Shown here: in pieces, positions 16,075 to 24,055 of the stretch
How positions within the stretch are numbered: position 1 is the first letter of the stretch
How the letters are laid out: each line of letters opens with the position of its first letter
Virus record (IMG/VR): IMGVR_UViG_3300029258_001891
Length of the DNA: 64,000 bases
From: an uncultured virus (IMG/VR IMGVR_UViG_3300029258_001891)
Lineage: Duplodnaviria; Heunggongvirae; Uroviricota; Caudoviricetes
Strand: one strand, 5' to 3'
Notes under the pieces: generated by a model
Seen by the model: the letters and a program-made list of their open reading frames with translations, nothing else
Databases searched by the model: none
What the model was told of the DNA's origin: nothing
Translations under genes and position numbers: made by a program

Positions 16075-18177
16075 ATGCCTCAGGTAGCCGTGAAACAACT
16101 CACGTCTGGAAGTACAGGCGAACTTCTTGTAACAAGAGGCGGCGTGGTCGATCACGAAAAATTGAAACCGGATTCTTTGAACGGACCGACCGCTGCCGCG
16201 AATCAAGTTCCATTTGTTGTAGACACTTTGACCTTTGGAACGGACAACGCTTTCAAATGGAACAACACGGACAAGACTGTTGATCTGAGTGGCGGCGTTG
16301 CTTTCACGGAACGCGCGGATCACCCAGGAACTCCGGCACCCGGAAAAGGCATCTTGTGGGTGAAAAGCGATACTCCGAATGTCATCATGTTTACAGACGA
16401 CGCCGGAACGGATCACGATTTGTCCGGCGGCGGTGTCCATCCTGATCCCCACCAACTTGGAGACGGAACTTCAGGCGCACCGACGTATTCTTTTTCGTCT
16501 AACACGGATTCTGGAATCTACTATAATTCGACGTTCAATCACATGTATATGGTTTTCGACGCGACAAAACACATCGAAATCAACTCCACGGGTGTTTGTA
16601 TCGGTACTGGTTCACAACCCGCTGCTGGATACGCACTTACTGTGTACCAGAATATCTACACTACAGGTAATTCACGAGTAGATGGCCAGCGTCATGCTGG
16701 CTTAGGTTCTGCTGCCACTCCGAGCTACAGTTATTACGGCGATCAAAATAGCGGATCGTATTATCTAAATGTCTCAGGCGGATACGTCATTCATGTATTC
16801 GGCGGTTCTCAACGAATCGTGATGAACGCGACAGGAACATCTATTGGCTCTTCAGGAGCGCCTGTGGTGGGTTATCACTTGTATACGGCAAGTTTATACA
16901 CACAATTTGCCCATCTTGGAAGCGGCTCCGCTGGCGCTCCGGGATGGGGAATGTACGAGAATACGGACTGTGGCGCTTACTATCTCAAAACTGGTGTGGG
17001 TAGTCCCGCTGTTGTATTTGTTTACGACAGCGCCCAACGGATCGTAATGAACGCAACCGGAGTTTCCATTGGCTCTTCCGGCTCTCCCCAGGCTGGATAT
17101 GGCCTCTATGTCGGCGGCAAGATGTGGTCTTCCGACGACATGGAAACAAGTGCCCGTGGAGTTTGGCGAGCGAGTGGTGCCGCTGTTTCATCCGCAAGCA
17201 CCGGAGCAATCCGTTTTTTTACTACAACGAGCAAACTCCAAGTCAGCGAAAACGGCGGGGCTTGGGTCGATCTCATTCCGGGAGGGGGTGGGGGAGTAGG
17301 AGGCGCGGGAAGCGGAACCGACAACTATCTCGCCCGTTGGAATGGAACAACGCTGCTTGAAACGTCTGTAGTCTACGATGACGGAACAAACATCGGGTTG
17401 GGAACGATATCTCCTGACGCAAAGTTGCATGTTTCGAATAAACCCGCAATCGGCGTTGCTTCTTTTCTGGTCGGCGATGACACGTCCATGGGCGGAACCA
17501 TGGCTGCCGGTGTTCCGAAAATTCTCATCGGAGACACACAGGACGCATGGCAAACGTTTCTTTATTTTGCTCACTCAAGCAGCGAGTATGCTTATATCGA
17601 CTACAGTCAAGGAGGTATGCACATAAAAGCATTCAAACATCATATAAACATCGAAGCGACGGATACCAATATGGGCATCACGCTCACATCGAATGCCAGC
17701 GGGCAAGTCACATTGAAACACAGAGTAGGTGTTGGACTTGTGGATGTCGTCGCTGGTAACATCATGGATGTTGCTGGAGATGTAACCATTGGCTCGGGCT
17801 ATGCGGGAACCAATGCGGCTCCCACGGATGGTCTTCTTGTCGAAGGGAAGATCGGAATCGGTCACACCGGAACCGTGAACACGGCGCTCGACATGCTTGG
17901 TGCAATCTCCGTGAAAGAAATGTCTGCCCCCGCTGTCTCTCCTTCAGGCGAAGGCCGAATCTACTTCGACTCCACGAGCAAGACGTTCAAGGTGTCCGAG
18001 AATGGCGGGGCGTACAAGGGACTCTTCATCGGGGATAAGATCACAGGATGGGGCGCTCCCACGGGAACGGACACAAGAACGACGTTTGCCACCAGCACTG
18101 TCACCCTGGAGGAACTGGCCGAAAGAATCCATGCGCTCATTGACGACCTGACGAGCCTTGGTTTCATCGGAGCCTAA
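16075..18177 (+). CDS. long fibre protein with internal repeats
   Basis: Three GxG/AxxPxY...SGxYY...NxTGxxIG repeats; GTNIGLGTISPDAKLHV fibre motif. Confidence 0.8.
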   Translation: MPQVAVKQLTSGSTGELLVTRGGVVDHEKLKPDSLNGPTAAANQVPFVVDTLTFGTDNAFKWNNTDKTVDLSGGVAFTERADHPGTPAPGKGILWVKSDTPNVIMFTDDAGTDHDLSGGGVHPDPHQLGDGTSGAPTYSFSSNTDSGIYYNSTFNHMYMVFDATKHIEINSTGVCIGTGSQPAAGYALTVYQNIYTTGNSRVDGQRHAGLGSAATPSYSYYGDQNSGSYYLNVSGGYVIHVFGGSQRIVMNATGTSIGSSGAPVVGYHLYTASLYTQFAHLGSGSAGAPGWGMYENTDCGAYYLKTGVGSPAVVFVYDSAQRIVMNATGVSIGSSGSPQAGYGLYVGGKMWSSDDMETSARGVWRASGAAVSSASTGAIRFFTTTSKLQVSENGGAWVDLIPGGGGGVGGAGSGTDNYLARWNGTTLLETSVVYDDGTNIGLGTISPDAKLHVSNKPAIGVASFLVGDDTSMGGTMAAGVPKILIGDTQDAWQTFLYFAHSSSEYAYIDYSQGGMHIKAFKHHINIEATDTNMGITLTSNASGQVTLKHRVGVGLVDVVAGNIMDVAGDVTIGSGYAGTNAAPTDGLLVEGKIGIGHTGTVNTALDMLGAISVKEMSAPAVSPSGEGRIYFDSTSKTFKVSENGGAYKGLFIGDKITGWGAPTGTDTRTTFATSTVTLEELAERIHALIDDLTSLGFIGA

Positions 18178-18255
18178 GAAAATAGGTTGCGGAAACTGTC
18201 CGCACAGGATAGAAGGCGCTCGAACACTAACCTTTAGGACACGGAGGAAAGAGCG

Positions 18256-18651
18256 ATGTCGAGGAAAGACGAGAAGGCGTACTCCATGAAGATGGATGCT
18301 TTAACCGTTCAGGCGTGCCACCATCTTCTGTCTAACACGAGCGTCCACACGAGAGGGGAAACGCGCATCCATGCTTCGATCTTCAAGCAAGTGAAGAAAA
18401 AAGGCATGACCTTTGTCGACCCTTTTCGCGGGGCTTACAAGGAGGAAGGGGGAACAATCGAACTGACCGTGACGCAGGCCAAATTCCTGAAGGAAGCACA
18501 CGACAAGTTGTGCGAAACGAAGGAAGGCTTTCCCGGCGTCATGTCTGAAGGCGCGGGCGACTTGTACGATCTGATCGAGGATGTCGAGTCCATGCACGTG
18601 GCCGACACGAAGAAGAACAAGGAGATGGACCATGGCAAGACGCCAGCATGA
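18256..18651 (+). CDS. hypothetical protein, possible fibre chaperone
   Basis: SD GGAGG; follows the fibre gene. Confidence 0.65.
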   Translation: MSRKDEKAYSMKMDALTVQACHHLLSNTSVHTRGETRIHASIFKQVKKKGMTFVDPFRGAYKEEGGTIELTVTQAKFLKEAHDKLCETKEGFPGVMSEGAGDLYDLIEDVESMHVADTKKNKEMDHGKTPA

Positions 18652-18967
18652 TCTTGGTGAGAACGCCGTAAGCGTGGACACGGCAGGCGGAACGCCTGTT
18701 TCCTACGATCATGTGCGCCTTTCAAGATACATCAACTATCCGGCGCTCAGAAGGCTTGAAGCCTTTTGGGAGATCGGCAGGACCGACGGCAGCGATTGGG
18801 TTCCTTCCACGGCTCCCGGCCACAGCGGCTTGAAGGTGTACGAGGACAGTGACTACGACACGTTGATAGGGGAATCCACACCTGCTGATCTGGAAGATCG
18901 GATTTACCTCGATCTCGTGTCAGACGGAGCGATTCTAGGCGGAACTCAAGAGAACTATCCGGCCTAA
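18632..18967 (+). CDS. hypothetical protein
   Basis: SD AAGGAG; MARRQHDLGENAVSVD. Confidence 0.65.
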   Translation: MARRQHDLGENAVSVDTAGGTPVSYDHVRLSRYINYPALRRLEAFWEIGRTDGSDWVPSTAPGHSGLKVYEDSDYDTLIGESTPADLEDRIYLDLVSDGAILGGTQENYPA

Positions 18968-18978
18968 GGAACTGAGCG

Positions 18979-19386
18979 ATGGCTGTAGCGACCGTACTTC
19001 CTACGGAATTCTTGAAGGGAGTGAACAAGGACGCTATCTCTCTAATCAAGGGTCATGTCGTCGCCGTGGACAGTTCAGGAATAGGAGTTTTGCGGGCCAC
19101 ATCGGCAAACAACACGCGCAATGCCATAGGGCTTGTTGTCGCCGGGGCTGCTCCTACTTTTGTCGCGAAAGTTCAGTTTTCGGGAAGATTCGAGTTGAGT
19201 GACTGGACGCCGATAACAGGAACCGTTTCTTTGTCGGCAATGGCGATCTACTATCTCGATCTTGTGAGCGGTAAAATGGCTACCGTTCCACCGACAGGAA
19301 CAGGACAAATCGTTCAGAAAGTTGGAAGAGCTTTGAGTCCGCAGGTTTTGGAGATCAAGATTGAACCCTCGATCATTTTGGCATAA
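18979..19386 (+). CDS. capsid cement/decoration-like protein
   Basis: ISLIKGHVVAV...AIGLV...YYLD...GQIVQKVGRALS; paralog of 19398-19853. Confidence 0.7.
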   Translation: MAVATVLPTEFLKGVNKDAISLIKGHVVAVDSSGIGVLRATSANNTRNAIGLVVAGAAPTFVAKVQFSGRFELSDWTPITGTVSLSAMAIYYLDLVSGKMATVPPTGTGQIVQKVGRALSPQVLEIKIEPSIILA

Positions 19387-19397
19387 GGAGAAGAGAG

Positions 19398-19853
19398 ATG
19401 GCGCTGCGAAAACCTCTTGTCGTCATTCAGGGTCAAAAGCAGGAGCTTCCCGCAGGAGATACCTTGGATGCACCCGTGACCGGTGTCGGCGTTTCCCAAA
19501 TGACGAATGGAAACGCGGGAGCGATCTCCAAAGGCCAAGTGGTCTACATCAACGGAGCCAACTCCGTTGATCTGGCCAAGGCGGATGCCCTTGGAACCTC
19601 CAATCCGACCTACGGGTTCGTTCGAAGTTCGTCCATTGCCCCCGCCGCCATCGGAGACATCCAGCATGATGGCGTCCTGGACGGATTCACCGGACTCACG
19701 CCGGGGGCCAAGCAGTATCTTTCGGCGGCGACGGCGGGATTGCGAACGGAAGTCGCCCCGACCGGAGCGGGCGAAGTCGTGATTCTTCTCGGCAAGGCGA
19801 TCAGCACCACCGAGATCGAAATCGAGATCAGCGACACCGTTCTTCTGGTATAA
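19398..19853 (+). CDS. capsid cement/decoration-like protein
   Basis: AISKGQVVYI...LAKADA...GLTPGAKQYLS...LGKAISTTEI. Confidence 0.7.
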   Translation: MALRKPLVVIQGQKQELPAGDTLDAPVTGVGVSQMTNGNAGAISKGQVVYINGANSVDLAKADALGTSNPTYGFVRSSSIAPAAIGDIQHDGVLDGFTGLTPGAKQYLSAATAGLRTEVAPTGAGEVVILLGKAISTTEIEIEISDTVLLV

Positions 19854-19863
19854 GGACTGAATC

Positions 19864-20742
19864 ATGGCCGTTCGAAGGCCGGTTGTTGTCATTGCTGGAC
19901 AGAAGCAGGAACTTCCTATCGGGGATACTCTTCCTGGTGGGGGTGGTGGTCTTACGGACCAGGAAAAGTTGATCGCGGGCATACCTGTTGCTTCCGCCCT
20001 GGCATTGACAGAGACTCTTGAATTCGATGGAGTCAACGACTGGATTGACATCGGGAATCCGGCAGAGATTCAGTTCGACCGGCTGGACTCGTTTTCTTTC
20101 GGCATTTGGTTTTGCACTCTTGAACTTTCCACTGTCGGCGCTCTTTTGAGCAAGCGGCTGGACGGAGGAACAAGGAGAGGTTGGTCGCTTGTTTACCGTC
20201 CGTCTAATCCCGATTTTGTCGTTGACATAACGAGTACGGATACCTTGAACGGGATCGAAGTGGATTTTCCCATAGGCTACAGAGAAGTCAACAACGGCCT
20301 GTGGCATCATGTGTGCGTGACCTATGACGGAAGCAGCGCGGCTTCAGGTGTGAAGCTGTATTTGGACGGCAAGGAACTAACGCGGAACAACATCACGGGA
20401 GACAACTTGACGGCCACCATAGTCGAAGCGGCGGCGAATCTTGCCATAAGTTCCCGTGACGGATTTAGCAGATTCTTCGATGGATTCTCAACGAGCGCGA
20501 CAATCTGGAACGCTGAGTTGACGGCTGAAGAAGTCCGCGAACTCTATAATGCCGGAACTCCGTCCGATCCGACTTTCCATAGTCTATCCGCGAATCTTGT
20601 CGGCTGGTGGCGCTGTGACCAAACAGACACCGCTCCGACAATCACGGACAACTCCGTCAACAGCAATAATGGGACGATGGTCAACTTCCCCGCGTCCCCG
20701 TTTAGGAACAACTACCCTCCTGGCGGGAGGATGAACACGTGA
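19864..20742 (+). CDS. LamG/concanavalin A-like lectin domain virion protein
   Basis: LEFDGVNDWID, NNGLWHHVCVTYDGS, VKLYLDG, IWNAELTAEEVRELYN. Confidence 0.85.
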   Translation: MAVRRPVVVIAGQKQELPIGDTLPGGGGGLTDQEKLIAGIPVASALALTETLEFDGVNDWIDIGNPAEIQFDRLDSFSFGIWFCTLELSTVGALLSKRLDGGTRRGWSLVYRPSNPDFVVDITSTDTLNGIEVDFPIGYREVNNGLWHHVCVTYDGSSAASGVKLYLDGKELTRNNITGDNLTATIVEAAANLAISSRDGFSRFFDGFSTSATIWNAELTAEEVRELYNAGTPSDPTFHSLSANLVGWWRCDQTDTAPTITDNSVNSNNGTMVNFPASPFRNNYPPGGRMNT

Positions 20743-21062
20743 GCAATGTAGCATACGCAATCGTTCCCTCTACCGAAATCACGCAAGAGATGATTGACGT
20801 GTCCACGTCGTTGTCGCTCGGCACCATGTTGAAGTCAATCGACGGAACACGAGTCGTGGTGGAATTCCTCCCGCCCCAAGAACTATTCGACTCATATGAC
20901 GTGTACGACAACGCGGCCATCAAGGAAATTCTTATGAACGAAGATTGGATGGCCGCTTTTCCAGGTAACATTCCTTCCAGGCTTTTGATAAAGGACAAAA
21001 CAACAGGTGCTCTTTTCCGCATTGTCTGTGACAACGGAGTGCTCGACGTGGAAAGCGTGTGA
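20739..21062 (+). CDS. hypothetical protein accompanying the LamG protein
   Basis: GTGA coupling; 107 aa. Confidence 0.65.
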   Translation: MSNVAYAIVPSTEITQEMIDVSTSLSLGTMLKSIDGTRVVVEFLPPQELFDSYDVYDNAAIKEILMNEDWMAAFPGNIPSRLLIKDKTTGALFRIVCDNGVLDVESV

Positions 21063-21071
21063 GGAACAGGA

Positions 21072-21893
21072 ATGAACATTCAGGCGAGGCTAGCGGCTTT
21101 TGGCGGCGACATTTGGGCTTCTCCCAAGTGTCTCTGTCTGAATCCGCTTCTTTGGCCCGCTGTTGTCTACGGGATGCCAAAAGTGCATTTCACATGGGAT
21201 GACTACCGTTGCTTTACGAGTCTCATGCAGCCCGGAGACTTCATCCTTACACAATCCAGACACTATATTGGTTCCGCGAAGTTCATTCCTGGAGCATGGA
21301 AACATCTTGCTGTGTTTACCGGGCCTGTCACCGGATACAGGGATCAGAAAACGAAGTTCATCTACAAACCTCGATCTCTTGGAGTGGACAGAGTTCATAC
21401 GGGCGGACAACAAGTGGGGACGTTCGTAAGAACGATTACACACGCGATCAGCGAAGGAGTGGTTGTTCAAGACTTGGGAGAACTTCTGTTCCATTCCGAC
21501 TATGCCGCTGTCGTTCGTCCGTGGGTCGTGCATTCGGAAGCGCAGATCATTGTTGATGCCGCATTGAGTCAATCCGGCATCGGCTACAACTTCGATTTCA
21601 AGCCGAGCGGCAAGCCCGCTTCGTATTGCACCGAACTTGGCGCTTTCTGCTGTGACAAGATCAAGCGACATGCTCCGTCGAAGAGGAAAATCAAGGCTTC
21701 TCTGACAGCGATCTTTCTTCCGTTCGATAGATTCAAGCAGAGAGTCTATCTAGCGGATGCGTTCTTGCAGTTCCCGATGATTTGTTGTTCCGTGGCCTGC
21801 AACAATCCAATGTTCAGCAAGCAAAGCATGTGGCCGGAAAAAGTGAGACAGGCAGTGTTGACAGCGCCGGATGCAACGAGGTTCTTGAAATGA
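21072..21893 (+). CDS. permuted papain-like (YiiX/YebB-type NlpC/P60) peptidase/amidase
   Basis: QPGDFIL, WKHLAVF (His), HAISEGV, GIGYNFDF, SYCTELG (Cys). Confidence 0.8.
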   Translation: MNIQARLAAFGGDIWASPKCLCLNPLLWPAVVYGMPKVHFTWDDYRCFTSLMQPGDFILTQSRHYIGSAKFIPGAWKHLAVFTGPVTGYRDQKTKFIYKPRSLGVDRVHTGGQQVGTFVRTITHAISEGVVVQDLGELLFHSDYAAVVRPWVVHSEAQIIVDAALSQSGIGYNFDFKPSGKPASYCTELGAFCCDKIKRHAPSKRKIKASLTAIFLPFDRFKQRVYLADAFLQFPMICCSVACNNPMFSKQSMWPEKVRQAVLTAPDATRFLK

Positions 21894-22447
21894 TACGTGG
21901 CGTCAAAGACGAGACAACTTCTTTGGGCCTTCAGTTGGCTGATAGGGAAACCACGAAGTTTCCTCAAGTGGAAATCTTCATTCCCGGATCGGCAACACCC
22001 TTTGTCACTGTCGATCTTCCGCATCGTTCGGGCGGCTACTATGAAGCGTCCTACACCTTCACTGCCGTAGGGAAGTACAACGCTCGTTTCGTGACGTACA
22101 CCGATGCAGGACACACGACGCTGGACGAATACATTTCGACCGAACTTGAAACCGTGCTCGTGGAAGCAAACGATCTGGATTCCATTCGGACTGCCGTCGA
22201 TACAGTTACCGGAGACGTAACTTCCCTTCTGACCCTCTTGCAAAGAGTCCTTGGGCTTGTCCAAGAGAACTTCAGAATCTTCTCTCCGGTGTATGACGCG
22301 AGACACAACTTGACTTCCGCGACGATCAGGATATACCCTTCCAAGGCGGATACCATCGCGAACACGAACGTTCTCGCGGAATACTCCGTATCGGCGACGT
22401 ACAACGTGGACGACGAGATGCTTACGTATCAGGTGGTCAAGGAGTAG
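21890..22447 (+). CDS. virion-associated Ig-like hypothetical protein
   Basis: ATGA coupling; GGYYEASYTFTAVGKY; RVLGLVQENFRI. Confidence 0.7.
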   Translation: MIRGVKDETTSLGLQLADRETTKFPQVEIFIPGSATPFVTVDLPHRSGGYYEASYTFTAVGKYNARFVTYTDAGHTTLDEYISTELETVLVEANDLDSIRTAVDTVTGDVTSLLTLLQRVLGLVQENFRIFSPVYDARHNLTSATIRIYPSKADTIANTNVLAEYSVSATYNVDDEMLTYQVVKE

Positions 22448-22451
22448 TACG

Positions 22452-22622
22452 ATGGCTTCAGGCGTGTGTTTGGCAACCAAGGGAATGATTTGCAGGCCGA
22501 GAAGAAACTTGTGCCTGCACTTTCCTTTGACGGGAACAATCGTTGTCAAGCGAACCGGCTTGAAAGGAACCATTGTTGACAAGAGCCAACTTGTCGGCAC
22601 CCTAAAGTGCTGTTGCGTCTAA
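22452..22622 (+). CDS. small Cys-rich protein (56 aa, not in ORF track)
   Basis: MASGVCLATKGMICRPRR...VGTLKCCCV; SD AAGGAG; fills the intergenic gap. Confidence 0.6.
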   Translation: MASGVCLATKGMICRPRRNLCLHFPLTGTIVVKRTGLKGTIVDKSQLVGTLKCCCV

Positions 22623-22632
22623 GGAGCGGAAG

Positions 22633-22980
22633 ATGGACGTTGAAATCTTCAGGGGTGACAACCAAACGCTTGAAGTGACCGTTAAGGACGTTGACGGCGT
22701 TGTGTTTGACATCACCGGAAGCACAGCGCGATTCACCGTCCGAAAGGACTTCAACACCACAGCTTTGATCGAGAAGTCTTCTGCCGTTGCTGGCGAAGCC
22801 GCGATCACCGATCCAACAAATGGCGTGCTCGAAATCTATCTTGTTCCCGCTGACACAAGGGAGTTGAACTATTGCGGAAACTTCGTGTATGACGTTGAAG
22901 TAGAGTTGCCTTCTGGCGACATTCACACAGTTCTTCAAGGCGTGTTCAAGATCAAAGGCGACGTGACTTACAGCGGATAG
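22633..22980 (+). CDS. BppU-like Ig-fold adaptor protein
   Basis: IFRGDNQTLEVTV, DITGSTARFTV, LVPADT, YDVEV, GDVT. Confidence 0.75.
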   Translation: MDVEIFRGDNQTLEVTVKDVDGVVFDITGSTARFTVRKDFNTTALIEKSSAVAGEAAITDPTNGVLEIYLVPADTRELNYCGNFVYDVEVELPSGDIHTVLQGVFKIKGDVTYSG

Positions 22981-22989
22981 GAGTGTGAG

Positions 22990-23304
22990 ATGAAAGGTGA
23001 CAGCTACACAATGACGATCATTTTTACGCTCCTTTCGGCGCTCTTAGCTGTCGTTGGAACGTTGATCTTTGTTATTGGGCGGCTCTTTTGGGGCAAGTTG
23101 AAAGAAGTCGAAGGAAGATTGATCGCTCACGAAGAGAAACACCGTGAAGATGTGAGACATCTCTACCAGAGGATAGATGACGCCAAGAAGGACATCAACG
23201 ATCTTGACGCGACTGTTTCAGGTTTTCCGGGAATCTATTTGACCCGGAAAGAGTTCAACGAATGGGATATAGCAACTACACGTAGCGGGAGAGGAAAGCG
23301 ATGA
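22990..23304 (+). CDS. membrane-anchored coiled-coil protein
   Basis: N-terminal TM IIFTLLSALLAVVGTLIFVIG; SD AGGAG. Confidence 0.7.
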   Translation: MKGDSYTMTIIFTLLSALLAVVGTLIFVIGRLFWGKLKEVEGRLIAHEEKHREDVRHLYQRIDDAKKDINDLDATVSGFPGIYLTRKEFNEWDIATTRSGRGKR

Positions 23305-23672
23305 ACATTCTCGTTTTCGATTCCAATAGGGTTTTTGCGAATCATGTTGCGGAGAGGATCGCAGGTTTCGTTCCGCAAGCGTTCGTGGACACATGTCCTA
23401 ATATATACATACTCAAACGTAGGCTGGAAAACAAAACCTACGATTTGATTTTGGCGGATGTGTTGTCCACAATCGATGCAGACGAAGTTATCGCTGTTCT
23501 TTCTGAAATCAAGACTCTCGTCGTCATTTGGACACCGTTGAGCACGGATATGGCGTGGAATCTCATGTCGGAGTGCAAACGGGATTTCATCAGGAAGCCG
23601 TCGTTGCCGGATGTTCAAGCGGCTCTCACTCCTTACGTAGCGAGGGTCAGCAACAGGAGTGCGCCTGTATGA
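23301..23672 (+). CDS. stand-alone response regulator receiver (REC) domain
   Basis: MNILVFD..., YDLILAD (phospho-Asp position), VVIWT, FIRKP. Confidence 0.75.
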   Translation: MNILVFDSNRVFANHVAERIAGFVPQAFVDTCPNIYILKRRLENKTYDLILADVLSTIDADEVIAVLSEIKTLVVIWTPLSTDMAWNLMSECKRDFIRKPSLPDVQAALTPYVARVSNRSAPV

Positions 23673-24055
23673 ACACTTCAACGCTGAAGAAACATGCGTC
23701 GAAGCATGGATTTGAATTGATTAAGTTCGTGCTCGCGCTATGCGCCGCGATCATCGGATTCTACTACACGTTTCTTCAGATGCAGCGGGATGTGAAAGAG
23801 AACAAAGAAGGCATTCAGAGAAACGAAGAGCGCCTTTTGCCGGTCAACAAGCGGAGTTGGGAAAACCACGGCAACATCAAGGACTTGCAGAAAGATAACG
23901 AGCACAACAAGGAGATCACCGAGAAAGCGTACAAGAGAATCGAGCGGCACATGGAAGAACAGAAGGCGTGGAACACAAAGATGGACACGCGCCAGCAACA
24001 GATGCAGATAGACGTGAAAGTCATTCAGAAGGAACTGGAGACGCGGAATCCGTGA
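23669..24055 (+). CDS. membrane-anchored coiled-coil protein
   Basis: TM FVLALCAAIIGFYYTFL then coiled coil; ATGA coupling. Confidence 0.7.
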   Translation: MNTSTLKKHASKHGFELIKFVLALCAAIIGFYYTFLQMQRDVKENKEGIQRNEERLLPVNKRSWENHGNIKDLQKDNEHNKEITEKAYKRIERHMEEQKAWNTKMDTRQQQMQIDVKVIQKELETRNP

